A stretch of 64,000 nt of DNA, taken from an uncultured archaeon (GTDB lineage: Archaea > Thermoplasmatota > Poseidoniia > MGIII > CG-Epi1). This document shows positions 27,763-37,862 of this stretch, one piece after another. The notes beneath the pieces are model-generated. The model searched no databases and had not been told where the DNA came from. It saw only the letters and a program-made list of their open reading frames with translations. The position numbers and the translations under genes were made by a program. The stretch is from the NCBI GenBank assembly GCA_964578995.1, contig CAZOEZ010000001.1:19627-83626 (forward strand). Reading direction: 5' to 3'. Each line of letters begins with the position of its first letter. Position 1 is the first letter of the stretch.

Positions 27763-28739
27763 GTTTAAAGAAAAAAATAGCAGTTAAAGCAGAGCCGATA
27801 GAAAAGGCACTTAGAGAATACCTGAAAATTAGAGAGCCAAGAAAACTTTACGATGCGACTGCACATATTCCATTAGCAGGAGGTAAAAGATTGAGACCTG
27901 TTATGGCACTCATAACTTGTGAAATGGTGGGTGGAGACGCTGAAAAAGCAGTACCCTTTGCTACTGCTTTAGAAACTATACATAATTTCACCCTTGTACA
28001 CGATGATGTAATGGACGATGATGATCTTAGACATGGTGTAGATGCGTGCCATACAATATATGGATTATCTACAGCAATACTCGCTGGTGATACACTTTTT
28101 GCATATGCTTTTGAAATGATAACTGATTGTGATATTGATGATGAAATAAAAGCAGACTTGGTTAAAAATGTAGCATATGTTGTAAGAAAAATTGCTGAAG
28201 GACAGCAAATGGACATAAATTTTGAAGAGGAAGAAACCGTAGATGCAAAAGAATATTTAGAAATGATACGGCTGAAAACCTCTATCCTCTTTGGGGCTGC
28301 AGCGTATGGTGGAGCTAAAATAGGCGGAACTAGTGAAAAAGAAGCAAGAAAACTTGAAGAAATGGCTACAAATGTTGGCCTAGGTTTTCAGATTTGGGAT
28401 GATTATCTCGATGCAACTGCCTCCGAAGAAATTTTAGGTAAACCATCTGGTTCAGATATACGGCAAGGCAAAAGAACATTATTAGTTATCGAAGCATTAA
28501 ATCGAGCTGAAGAAAGTGATCGTAAAAGACTCATAGACATTTTAGATTCCAAAAATACAGATAAGCAAATAAAAGAAGCTGTAAATATAATGAATCGATC
28601 TGGGGCATTAGAAGAATGTCATAAACAAGCAAATGAATATTTGGAAGACGCCCGAAAAACGTTGTCAGACTATCCCCAAAGCGAAGCGCGTGAATTATTT
28701 GAAGAACTATTGAAATATATGGTTACAAGAGGACATTAA
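27759..28739 (+). CDS. idsA: short-chain (E)-prenyl diphosphate synthase, GGPP synthase type
   Basis: 326 aa with FARM LVHDDVMDDDDLRHG and SARM GFQIWDDYLD. It overlaps the idi stop by 4 nt. Confidence 0.85.
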   Translation: MSLKKKIAVKAEPIEKALREYLKIREPRKLYDATAHIPLAGGKRLRPVMALITCEMVGGDAEKAVPFATALETIHNFTLVHDDVMDDDDLRHGVDACHTIYGLSTAILAGDTLFAYAFEMITDCDIDDEIKADLVKNVAYVVRKIAEGQQMDINFEEEETVDAKEYLEMIRLKTSILFGAAAYGGAKIGGTSEKEARKLEEMATNVGLGFQIWDDYLDATASEEILGKPSGSDIRQGKRTLLVIEALNRAEESDRKRLIDILDSKNTDKQIKEAVNIMNRSGALEECHKQANEYLEDARKTLSDYPQSEARELFEELLKYMVTRGH

Positions 28740-28780
28740 ACTACCTAATCACGTATATACTGGTTACAAGTAGGACGAAT

Positions 28781-30199
28781 ATGGGGGATTCTGAAAGCTC
28801 ATGGAGCTCTACCGTAATTAATGAGCAACTCCGTAAAAGGCTTGAATCACACAAGTCTGCAAAAGTTACTAACTTGGATTCGCAGCCCTGTATTGCTGTT
28901 AACATGCCATCTGGAAAAAATTTAACCTTTGATGGTGAAGCTGGCGATAATTTTGGAGGATTCAATAATGGAACAAATATTGTCCTAAATGGTGACGCAG
29001 GAAGATTTGTTGGAAACGGAATGAGTAAAGGTGAAATTATCGTAAATGGTAATTGTTATGATGGTGTTGGGCATTGTTTGTCAGGTGGTACTGTTGTAAT
29101 ACAAGGTTCAGTAGAGGGAAGTGCAGGACCTTCAATGAAGGGCGGTGATCTGATTATCTCAGGGAATATTCAAGGAGATTTAGCCACCTGTATGAGTGGT
29201 GGAAATCTAATTGTTTGTGGAGATGTTAGAGGAGATATAGGAAGAATGATGAGTGGTGGAAGAGCATTTATTTCAGGTGATTTCAATGATAATGAAAATC
29301 TAGAAACCAAGAATATAGCCCCAACTGATTGGAAAGCTATTCAAAAAACTCTCAGAGACTATGGTGTTGATCCTAATGGATTAAATTTTAAAACAGTTAG
29401 TGGAAAATTCAAACACAAAAAACTGCGAAAAGAAAAAACTGAGGATTATTCTATTGGTGATACATTAATGCTAGTTTATGCCAAACTCAGTAGAAGACCA
29501 AGAACTGTTAATCTGGATGATTTAGACTTTTCACTATCAATTGGAAATAATAAAGAACAACCACTGAATCTAACTATTCCATTATTATGGACTGGTAATA
29601 ATGCACCAATTTATTCAACGTGGGGAATAAATGAAAAATTTCCTAGTAATTTAGATTCAGCTAATATGGCTATAATCGATTTGAGTGCCACTGAAATAAA
29701 TCGAAGATTGGATATGAGAAGGCCAAACGACTTGGCTTTTGTTGTAGAATTAATCAGACAAAGTACTGCCAAAAGAATACCAATTATGGTTAGACTGGGT
29801 GCGGGTGACGTAGAAAATGACTTGAAAATAGTGGCAAAATCCGGGGCCGAAGGTGCAATTTTAACAAGTCGAGAAATGCCTCTCGAAGCTGCTGTAACTA
29901 CAGCAAGAAATTACAGAGAAAAACTTATTGTCTTAGCATCATGTCAAACATTAGATTATGAAATGGCTACTAAACTTATGGCTTTAGGAGCCTCGGGCCT
30001 ATTTTTTGAAGGTGATTGTACAAATGAGAGGCTGAAAACTTTCGGAATGAAGTTATCAGAAACTATTGGGTCTTTAGGTATTGGAAATATACGAGATTTG
30101 AATCCTGAAAACCTTAGAACAAACAATCAAGATACGGCAGCAATGACTGGCGTCCCAATAGCTGGATACGATTCTGTACTGCCTATGTGGCGTCACTAA
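28781..30199 (+). CDS. protein with a GXGXG-motif domain (glutamate synthase domain 3 / FwdC-like) fused to a degenerate GltS FMN-domain-like C-terminal half
   Basis: 472 aa. Repeated G-x-G-x-G beta-helix motifs fill residues about 50-170. The C-terminal half resembles the GltS FMN domain (IPIMVRLGAGDVENDLKIVAKSGAEGAIL, ALGASGLFFEGD) but lacks the GGTGA active-site motif. Confidence 0.55.
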   Translation: MGDSESSWSSTVINEQLRKRLESHKSAKVTNLDSQPCIAVNMPSGKNLTFDGEAGDNFGGFNNGTNIVLNGDAGRFVGNGMSKGEIIVNGNCYDGVGHCLSGGTVVIQGSVEGSAGPSMKGGDLIISGNIQGDLATCMSGGNLIVCGDVRGDIGRMMSGGRAFISGDFNDNENLETKNIAPTDWKAIQKTLRDYGVDPNGLNFKTVSGKFKHKKLRKEKTEDYSIGDTLMLVYAKLSRRPRTVNLDDLDFSLSIGNNKEQPLNLTIPLLWTGNNAPIYSTWGINEKFPSNLDSANMAIIDLSATEINRRLDMRRPNDLAFVVELIRQSTAKRIPIMVRLGAGDVENDLKIVAKSGAEGAILTSREMPLEAAVTTARNYREKLIVLASCQTLDYEMATKLMALGASGLFFEGDCTNERLKTFGMKLSETIGSLGIGNIRDLNPENLRTNNQDTAAMTGVPIAGYDSVLPMWRH

Positions 30200-30249
30200 G
30201 GATTGAAAACTGAATCTGACGCAAATTGGCCAAACTATGCAATCCCAGT

Positions 30250-30786
30250 TCAGGCCTTCATCTGAGAGGAACGTAAATAAGCCCAAGTAGAAACGGATGT
30301 CAACAAAGCTGAAACTGTCATCACTGTTTCATATTCATCCCAACTTGTAGCTATTATTACCAAAGAAACTAAACCAATAATTCCTGCCCAGAATTTTGCT
30401 TTATCTGGATCCTCCGTAAAGAAAGAATGATTTTTGCCTGACATGAAAACCCAAATTGTAACAAAAACCATAGCTGAAATCAAAATTGATGTTGAAAGCG
30501 CACCATTCGTGTTCTCAATATTTGTATCTGGGCTAAGAACCGGAATTTTCATACCTTGGGATATTACTAGAACCAAGTAAACTACAAGAGCACCATATCC
30601 TACTCCTGCAACCAGATAAAGCATACCTCTTTGTGAATCTTCACCCTGTGAATCTCCATTAAAACCATCTGAAAACGTTGCTTCGGAAGAAGAACTCAAT
30701 TCATTCTCACGTCGAATTTCTTCGGCGCCATCTTCCTCTATTTGTTCTTGTCCGGGCAACGTTTCGTCGATGTCCAAATCATCCAT
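30250..30786 (-). CDS. hypothetical membrane protein with an acidic N-terminal cytoplasmic region and about 4 TM helices
   Basis: 178 aa. The start overlaps the stop of the upstream wHTH gene. Confidence 0.4.
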   Translation of the reverse strand: MDDLDIDETLPGQEQIEEDGAEEIRRENELSSSSEATFSDGFNGDSQGEDSQRGMLYLVAGVGYGALVVYLVLVISQGMKIPVLSPDTNIENTNGALSTSILISAMVFVTIWVFMSGKNHSFFTEDPDKAKFWAGIIGLVSLVIIATSWDEYETVMTVSALLTSVSTWAYLRSSQMKA

Positions 30787-31292
30787 TATTCTTCCTCCTT
30801 CAATGGAACAATATTATGGCCCTTAAAATCGAATTCAACGGAACGTCTGACTAAACCTTTCAGGGTTAATGAAGTAACGCCTAAATCTCTAGCAACATCA
30901 TTGGCAAATGTTCCCTCAGAACCAATCAGCTCAATAATCTTTGATTCAAGTGACTTAAACTTCTTTTCAGTCATCAAAACAACAGTTAGAAGCTCCTGTG
31001 TTTCATCGAAAGTTAGCGAAGTTGATATCTGAAAAGCATTATAGAATGTACGATAACCCTTTTCAGGTCTTCCGCTTTCATTGTTTACCTCCCATCTCGA
31101 TTCAACCAACTTGAATTTTTCAAAATACGTAATGGCAGCATAAGCACCCTCGCCGTGTTTCGAAACTAAGTCGCTAATCATGGTCCAACCCTCAGCTAAT
31201 GTAGTGAGTACATCACGTCTTTCTTTAGAATCAACTGCTCTAAAAAGTGCCACTAACTCGGCAGGGTCATTAATGAGTTTTACGCGTTTCAT
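30786..31292 (-). CDS. putative winged-helix (ArsR-like) DNA-binding protein, tandem wHTH
   Basis: 168 aa with two HTH-like segments (RRDVLTTLAEGWTMISDLVSKHG, TFANDVARDLGVTSLTLKGLVRR). Confidence 0.4.
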   Translation of the reverse strand: MKRVKLINDPAELVALFRAVDSKERRDVLTTLAEGWTMISDLVSKHGEGAYAAITYFEKFKLVESRWEVNNESGRPEKGYRTFYNAFQISTSLTFDETQELLTVVLMTEKKFKSLESKIIELIGSEGTFANDVARDLGVTSLTLKGLVRRSVEFDFKGHNIVPLKEEE

Positions 31293-31353
31293 CTTTACTA
31301 TATTTCCTTATACAACATTCCCTATAAAATAACAGTATGCACCCTTTTCAGAG

Positions 31354-33936
31354 TTAAATTTCTCCTTCTAAACCACATTCTGAACACTGAATTTGCTGCG
31401 TGCCAGAAATTTTAGGAATCTCCATATGTGCTGAACATTCAGGGCATTCAATGGTCATAGTCTCCAGAGGTGGTAGAGTTGCAGACTTAACTACTTTCCG
31501 AACTCTGCGTTCCTTTACAGGAGAAACTTCAGGAACAACCGATTCCATGAACCCAGATCCTGAAACAGGTTCGGGTTTAGCTGGTGGCTCATATGGTAAA
31601 GAATCATCCCGTCTCATATAGAAAACTGCACCTGCTATTCCTATAACTAACAGTAATCCTGCTCCTGCAATCAAAGGAATTGGCAATTCAGATTCAGATT
31701 TATCTCCTGATGGGGATTTTCCATTATTAGGTGTGGAATCGGCTACTATCGTGACCGTACAGGTATCTCTAGCAACGAGCCCATCATTATCAGTTACTCT
31801 AACAACTACTAAAAATGATGAATCAGGTGGTGTGTAATTATAGGAATGTACTGCAGTGCTTGAACCTTTAAAATCAACGGAATCGATATCTCCTGTAGTA
31901 CTATTGAAATCCCATTCATACAATACTATCCGCCCTCCTCCTTTATCACTAGCTAGCGCTGTGAACAATAAGTCATCCTCAAGTACCGCTTCTTCATCAC
32001 ATATTGCTGATACTATTGGTGGGGAAAGTATTTGAATGCTAATAGTAATAGACTCACTTGAAGCCCCTAATGAATCTGTAACCGTGAGATAAACATCATG
32101 CTCTCCAATATCTGCATCTGTAGTCGATACACTAGAACCATTATCAGAACTCTCATACAAATTTTGGCCATTGGCAAACAACAAAGACTCAGTTGTCCAA
32201 ATATAACTCAAAAGATTACCATCTGGATCTGTAGCATCTCCGAATAAAATAACACTATCACCAGCCACTACTGGATTAGGATTAACATCAACAGAACTAA
32301 GAACAGGAATGCCATTAATCAATACATTAGCTGTAACATTAGATGACCAAAAACCAATATCATTTATTGCTCGGAAAGTTATTGTGTGTTCACCTCTCGA
32401 TAACTCAGAGGTAGTAAATGTTGATTCCTCGGAAAGTTCACCATCTAAGCTAGAAAGCCACTGATATCCTATTACTTCAGTATCTTCTGAAGCTTCGGAA
32501 ACGGCTGAACCATTAAATTCAATAGATTCTCCCTCACTAATGACACAATTAGAAAATGATAAGCAGCCTGTGATAGAACCTATGCTTGCCTCCGGAAAGT
32601 CACCAATACCAATATTCATTGTTGATAATTTGCTCCAGCGACCTTCATTGTCTCTTGCGCTAAACGATATGACGTGATAACCCATACTCAGATTAGATAT
32701 TGTAAAATTAGATTCAAGAGATAAATTTCCATCAATATCTGAAGACCATAAATATTCCTCAATAGAACCATCCGAATCAATAGCTGAACCTATCATAGTA
32801 ACGGGTGTGTTAGGCAATGCCGTTGTTGGATTTATAGACTCAATATTTGCTACCGGTGCCTGATTGTCTAATTGACGTTCATAATAAATTGCTAAACCGT
32901 TTGAAGTACCTACTACTATATTTTCCCCACGATAAGACATTGCAACACTAAGAACATCTCCAAAGGCAGATATTCGCCACAATTCATCGCCATTTGATAC
33001 ATTAGCTAAAACTAATTTTTTGTTAGTTGAACCTGCAATCAGATACTTTGCATTTCCATTGAAATCAATTTCTGTAATTATGCCTCCAATATTTTTGTCC
33101 CATGCCTTAAATTCAGTAGACAAGTCAAGAACTGTGACTAAGCCTTGATCAGTTCCAAATGCATAATAATTCGAATCAAAACTACCGGAAACGCAAGTAA
33201 CTTCATCTTCTTGTCCCCATTCCAAAACAGGAGTGTCTCCCTCTGATTCATAAACATAAACTTTACCATTCTCAGAACCGATAATTAGATAATTACTATC
33301 ACCTGAAAAATCAAGACCTGTTATTTTACCGTCCAGAGTTCCTGAATGATACCATGATGCTGAAGAACTTGAGGTATTATAAACATATACATTACCATCT
33401 TCCGTTCCCGATGCAATATATTGATGATTTGGAGATATTGCAACAACAGTCATAGTATCACTTGCGTGATTGTCAACCCATATTCTATCATCTGAATTAG
33501 TGTTGAAATAGTATACATTTCTAAAATCGCTAACGGCTAAATAATTGCCATCAGGCGTCATATCAAGATCAACAACACTCAAGAAAAAATCGGTCTTTTC
33601 CCAATTTTTTGAACCTTCTTCCCACAAAGTCACAGTCGTATCTGTTTCTTCAGCAGTTACAACAAAACGGCCGTCTGAAGACATATCCATTGCCGAAATA
33701 CCCTGACCTACTGTTTTTGTATTATATGGGCTAGAAGTATGATTTCGCCAAAGTGAAATACTTTTCGCATAGGTTGCAGATACATTAACAGAATCATCAG
33801 ATATAGCTACTGCAGATATTCCAGATGATGTAGAATATTCCCAAAGTGGTTCCTTTTCAGCCTCAGCACTTGAAAAGACACACGTAAAGGCGACTAGCGT
33901 CAACATTACTAAACTTATTTTTTTCATTGGGAACAT
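31354..33936 (-). CDS. cell-surface protein: beta-propeller (PQQ/WD40-like) repeats plus PKD/Ig-like domains, a C-terminal TM and a cytoplasmic C4 zinc ribbon
   Basis: 860 aa with a signal peptide. It has repeated NVYVYNT and KVYVYESEGD propeller blades, Ig-like domains, the TM LLLVIGIAGAVFY, and the tail CPECSAHMEIPKISGTQQIQCSECG. Confidence 0.6.
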   Translation of the reverse strand: MFPMKKISLVMLTLVAFTCVFSSAEAEKEPLWEYSTSSGISAVAISDDSVNVSATYAKSISLWRNHTSSPYNTKTVGQGISAMDMSSDGRFVVTAEETDTTVTLWEEGSKNWEKTDFFLSVVDLDMTPDGNYLAVSDFRNVYYFNTNSDDRIWVDNHASDTMTVVAISPNHQYIASGTEDGNVYVYNTSSSSASWYHSGTLDGKITGLDFSGDSNYLIIGSENGKVYVYESEGDTPVLEWGQEDEVTCVSGSFDSNYYAFGTDQGLVTVLDLSTEFKAWDKNIGGIITEIDFNGNAKYLIAGSTNKKLVLANVSNGDELWRISAFGDVLSVAMSYRGENIVVGTSNGLAIYYERQLDNQAPVANIESINPTTALPNTPVTMIGSAIDSDGSIEEYLWSSDIDGNLSLESNFTISNLSMGYHVISFSARDNEGRWSKLSTMNIGIGDFPEASIGSITGCLSFSNCVISEGESIEFNGSAVSEASEDTEVIGYQWLSSLDGELSEESTFTTSELSRGEHTITFRAINDIGFWSSNVTANVLINGIPVLSSVDVNPNPVVAGDSVILFGDATDPDGNLLSYIWTTESLLFANGQNLYESSDNGSSVSTTDADIGEHDVYLTVTDSLGASSESITISIQILSPPIVSAICDEEAVLEDDLLFTALASDKGGGRIVLYEWDFNSTTGDIDSVDFKGSSTAVHSYNYTPPDSSFLVVVRVTDNDGLVARDTCTVTIVADSTPNNGKSPSGDKSESELPIPLIAGAGLLLVIGIAGAVFYMRRDDSLPYEPPAKPEPVSGSGFMESVVPEVSPVKERRVRKVVKSATLPPLETMTIECPECSAHMEIPKISGTQQIQCSECGLEGEI

Positions 33937-33985
33937 TACCTAACTTAACAGTCTCTCTAATAATAGGGGGATTATTACAGTGCGC

Positions 33986-34594
33986 CTAACCCCGCATAAG
34001 GTTGTAACGCCCTCTAAGTTCTAGAACTTTAAGCGCCTCTAACACTGGTTTTGATTTAGTCCATTTTGAGTAGGCTGAGAGGAAAATATCTCTACCCTTA
34101 ATTTCAGAATGATGAGAATCTAGAGATTCAAGAAATACGCGCAAATCCGATGCTCTATCTTCATCATCCTCTGAAATGCTTGACAAACCAAAGTCTATTG
34201 CATGAATTTTATCAGTAACCAAAAAATTACTGGTCGTAGGATCTCCATGAACTACGTGATATGAATGAATTTTTGATAATAATTCTGCCGTTTTGACTAG
34301 ACAATTCTTGAAATCCTTTCCCCTCAATGCCTTTTCGAGAGTTGAACCCTCAATATATTCCATAAGTAAACTATTGTCTGAGGTGTTCACACTGTAGATA
34401 GCTGGTACTGAAATGCCGTTAGAAAGTAATCTTTCCATAATGCGTGATTCACTTCGTAATCTCTCCACGACTAACCTTTTTTCCAAGGAAGGATGGCGAT
34501 ATCCACGCTTGTTCCTAACTTTTGATATAACTATTTGACCATTCCATTCTACAGTCTCAACGATAGCTTCAGCACCTCTGAATTTCATCTCCAA
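33986..34594 (-). CDS. bud32: KEOPS subunit Bud32 (Kae1-associated RIO-type kinase)
   Basis: 202 aa atypical kinase (MEYIEGSTL, HGDPTTSNFLV, IDFGLS). It overlaps Kae1 by 10 nt. Confidence 0.8.
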   Translation of the reverse strand: MEMKFRGAEAIVETVEWNGQIVISKVRNKRGYRHPSLEKRLVVERLRSESRIMERLLSNGISVPAIYSVNTSDNSLLMEYIEGSTLEKALRGKDFKNCLVKTAELLSKIHSYHVVHGDPTTSNFLVTDKIHAIDFGLSSISEDDEDRASDLRVFLESLDSHHSEIKGRDIFLSAYSKWTKSKPVLEALKVLELRGRYNLMRG

Positions 34595-35568
34595 GTAACC
34601 TCTACCATGTCTGTTCTGTATCTTTGATTAACCATATTATCTTCCTCTGTTATCTGATAATCAGCATTCATCATCTGGTAACCTAACCAAGCAATCATAA
34701 CTCCATTATCTACGCAAAGAGCTCTTTCAGGTACAAAACATTTCACGCCACGTTCACTAGCCATAGTCATGGCCATTTCTCTAAGCCTAGAGTTGCATGC
34801 AACGCCACCACCTAAAACTAATTCAGTCTTTCCAGTATGTGCTAGAGCCCTTTCAGAAACTTCACAAGACATTGCAAAAGCAGTTTCTTGGACCGAATAG
34901 GCCAATTGACCCAAAGAATAACCTGAATCCAACTTCTGTTTTGCAGCCGTCATTAAGCCGGAAAATGCCAAGTCCATCCCTTTGACAGAATAAGGTAAAT
35001 CAACTAGTTCGTCTCCTTCAGCAATCTTTTCAAGTTTGGGGCCCCCTGGAAAACCCATACCAGCTTCCCTAGCAAATTTGTCTAGACCATTTCCTATTCC
35101 AATATCTATTGTTTCCCCAAAGACTCGGTAGCGACCTGCTGCATAAGCAATTACTTGTGTATTTGCTCCTGAAAGATAGAGTAATACAGGATCCTTAGCC
35201 CCTTCAAGAAGACCAATCTCTAAGTGAGCAACACAATGATTTACTCCTAGAAGAGGAATGCCATTAGAATATGCAAATGCTCTTGCAGCAGTAGCTCCAG
35301 TCCTGAGACAAGGTCCAAGTCCCGGCCCTCGTGCATAAGACACAAGAGAAATATCCTTTGAAGATAAATTTGCTTCATCAAGAACTTTTTTGAACAATTT
35401 GGGCAACTCTTCTGAATGATGATTTGCAGCCTCTCTAGGGTGTATTCCTTCACCTTCTTCGGGAATGTAAACCGATCTTTGATTAGAGAGAATAGTCCCT
35501 TCAGAAGTTATTATTCCAACGCCTGCAGTATGAGCTGTGGATTCAACACCTAGAATTATTGTACTCAA
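34585..35568 (-). CDS. kae1: tRNA N6-threonylcarbamoyladenosine synthase Kae1 (KEOPS)
   Basis: 327 aa Kae1/TsaD/Gcp family (GVESTAHTAGVGI, ASKHP fold, metal-binding His pair). Confidence 0.88.
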   Translation of the reverse strand: MSTIILGVESTAHTAGVGIITSEGTILSNQRSVYIPEEGEGIHPREAANHHSEELPKLFKKVLDEANLSSKDISLVSYARGPGLGPCLRTGATAARAFAYSNGIPLLGVNHCVAHLEIGLLEGAKDPVLLYLSGANTQVIAYAAGRYRVFGETIDIGIGNGLDKFAREAGMGFPGGPKLEKIAEGDELVDLPYSVKGMDLAFSGLMTAAKQKLDSGYSLGQLAYSVQETAFAMSCEVSERALAHTGKTELVLGGGVACNSRLREMAMTMASERGVKCFVPERALCVDNGVMIAWLGYQMMNADYQITEEDNMVNQRYRTDMVEVTWR

Positions 35569-36953
35569 TTTTCCTTCTCTTCATCATCATCAACGTCTTC
35601 TTCGGAAGACTCTGAATCTATAATATCTAATTCATCTTCCATTCCTGTGTAAATAATATAACTACACAAACTCATCAATACAAAAATTGCTAATAAGGCA
35701 GTCCAAGAACCCTCAGATTTTGTGAAACTATCGGATGATTCAATCTCTATAAATCTATTCAGAGTTATTGTGTAATCCTCCGTTGAATCGTCAGAATAGT
35801 CCATAATCACTGATTCTACAGCAAATGATAGTGGACCCTCCTTAGTTGCTATCCAAGTTACATTAAATGTCTCACTACCATTAGAAGAAAGCAAAATACT
35901 AGTTCGTGTGTAACCTGATTGAGCATTAATTAACAAATCTAAATTTAAATTATTGAAATTGATATCCGTTGGATTAACTATAGAAACGCTCAAATTAACC
36001 TCCGAAAACTTGGGTGCCTTTTCACCAATCACATAGGGAGTTCCATCAACAAAAATAGTTCCCGACTCAAAAACAACATTAGTATGATTCAAATTGAAAT
36101 TTTCAGTAATGTCTATATTGTTATCAATATGGCCTTCCCAAGACCTCTCAACATATCCAAATCCAAGATTTAAGTAAAATGTAAAACGAGATTGATGGTC
36201 AACAATCTGGCCTGAATTATCAATTTCATACTCCTTTGCCCAATTCCAAGAACCAACCATCCTTTCACCATCCCATTGCCTAACTTCAAAACCTGTGATT
36301 GGCAAATTTGTAGATTCCTCAAAAGCTGAAAAAGTAACCCACCATTCCTGTGTCATTCGTGTACTACAATTATAATAGAATATAGATTCCATATCTGGAT
36401 TTGAACCAATTGATCTCAAACCTAATGTATAATTCCTTATGCTTACCCCCGAAAGCTTGAGATTAGTGTCTTCTGAAAATATACCATAATTAAGCATACT
36501 AAAGCCCTCAAGCGCTAAACCTGAAATATCTGCATTACCGCCTACCAGCCATATCATACCATAATATATTGTTGAATCATATATGGATAAATTTCCTGCG
36601 TCTGAAACTAAAGTATAAGGTGAGATTATAGTATCATTGCTATTATTTCCAAATGAGTAAACCATAGTGCTCACTGTTGTATTAATAAAATTCAATTCAC
36701 CACCGGGATTAATTCTTATTTCTGAAGTTGTTAAATCTAAAGTCTGATTAACATTTAAATTAGAATCTTTGATAGTTAAATGACCATCGATAATAATATC
36801 TCCTTGTAACCAAATTTGATCATCTTCAAAGATAAGGACCTGATCCTTAGATACCGTCAAATTTTCAAAATTGTGTTGTTCGGATACTGCGCCTAATGTG
36901 AAAAAGAATATCGTGAAAACGAAAATCGCACCTACCAAGGTCAAAACACGCAT
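35565..36953 (-). CDS. secreted surface protein with a C-terminal TM and an acidic cytoplasmic tail
   Basis: 462 aa. Contains a signal peptide, an N/S/T-rich ectodomain with probable beta-helix repeats, the TM ALLAIFVLMSLCSYIIY and the tail DELDIIDSESSEEDVDDDEEKEN. Confidence 0.5.
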   Translation of the reverse strand: MRVLTLVGAIFVFTIFFFTLGAVSEQHNFENLTVSKDQVLIFEDDQIWLQGDIIIDGHLTIKDSNLNVNQTLDLTTSEIRINPGGELNFINTTVSTMVYSFGNNSNDTIISPYTLVSDAGNLSIYDSTIYYGMIWLVGGNADISGLALEGFSMLNYGIFSEDTNLKLSGVSIRNYTLGLRSIGSNPDMESIFYYNCSTRMTQEWWVTFSAFEESTNLPITGFEVRQWDGERMVGSWNWAKEYEIDNSGQIVDHQSRFTFYLNLGFGYVERSWEGHIDNNIDITENFNLNHTNVVFESGTIFVDGTPYVIGEKAPKFSEVNLSVSIVNPTDINFNNLNLDLLINAQSGYTRTSILLSSNGSETFNVTWIATKEGPLSFAVESVIMDYSDDSTEDYTITLNRFIEIESSDSFTKSEGSWTALLAIFVLMSLCSYIIYTGMEDELDIIDSESSEEDVDDDEEKEN

Positions 36954-37004
36954 GAAATTCTAAAGGAAAGGCCATATAAATCCAATACATGATAATTTGA
37001 TAGT

Positions 37005-37862
37005 GTGAAACTGGTTTTAAAGGGAGCTTTATTTGACATAATAATGAAGCGGCTTTTAGGACTAATTGTGATGATTGCTCTGCTCTCACAACCTTTGGTC
37101 AAAAGTGAAATAGATAGTTATGTAAGCTATCCTGGTAATATTCCTGATTTTCACAATTTCAGTACTCCTCAATTAGAACCTGGAGAAAACGGTGATTTCA
37201 GTTTAAATGTTCTTAATCGTTATAATGAAACTCTGGAAAATGTGATTATCGAGGCTGAGATTTATCATAGGGCTGACATAGATGAATCAGAATCATTAGG
37301 TAATATCCCTAGCAAGGAAAGACCATACATTAGCAATACAAAATGGGCATCAAATCTAGATGAAACAGAAACGTCCCAAGAAACAAGTGATACCAAAAAG
37401 GCGACTTATGATGTCGGCGAGTTCGAATCTAATGAGACTATAACACTAGAATTCAGAATTAATACTAAAGAAGATACAAAAGAAGGCACGTATTTTGTTA
37501 AATTTTCAATGAATTTTGTACATAACGATACCGAAAGACAAATGCAATCAAGAGGGCATTGGAGCATGGAACTTTGGGAAAATGCAACGACCGATGTACC
37601 AGAAGGATCTCCAGGAAATATCAACCTAGATGTTTTGGGAGTAGATGGAATAATACCTGATTCTTCATTTGGAGTCAAGAAACCCATTCCAAAATGGCCA
37701 CTATATCTTCTGATTACACTTACTATTGTTTTTGCAGGTCTTTCTGTAGTCTTTTACCTAGAAGAAGAGGGAAACTATCCTGAACTAAATAAATGGCTTC
37801 AGAAGCAAAGGGGCAAACTTAACGAGCTTAGGTTGCGCTTTAAGTACAGAAAAGGCAGCTAG
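37005..37862 (+). CDS. secreted hypothetical protein with a C-terminal TM anchor
   Basis: 285 aa. The likely start is at MKRLLGLIVMIALL (about 37044). A C-terminal TM LYLLITLTIVFAGLSVVFYL is present. The 3' end overlaps the convergent GGR gene. Confidence 0.4.
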   Translation: MKLVLKGALFDIIMKRLLGLIVMIALLSQPLVKSEIDSYVSYPGNIPDFHNFSTPQLEPGENGDFSLNVLNRYNETLENVIIEAEIYHRADIDESESLGNIPSKERPYISNTKWASNLDETETSQETSDTKKATYDVGEFESNETITLEFRINTKEDTKEGTYFVKFSMNFVHNDTERQMQSRGHWSMELWENATTDVPEGSPGNINLDVLGVDGIIPDSSFGVKKPIPKWPLYLLITLTIVFAGLSVVFYLEEEGNYPELNKWLQKQRGKLNELRLRFKYRKGS

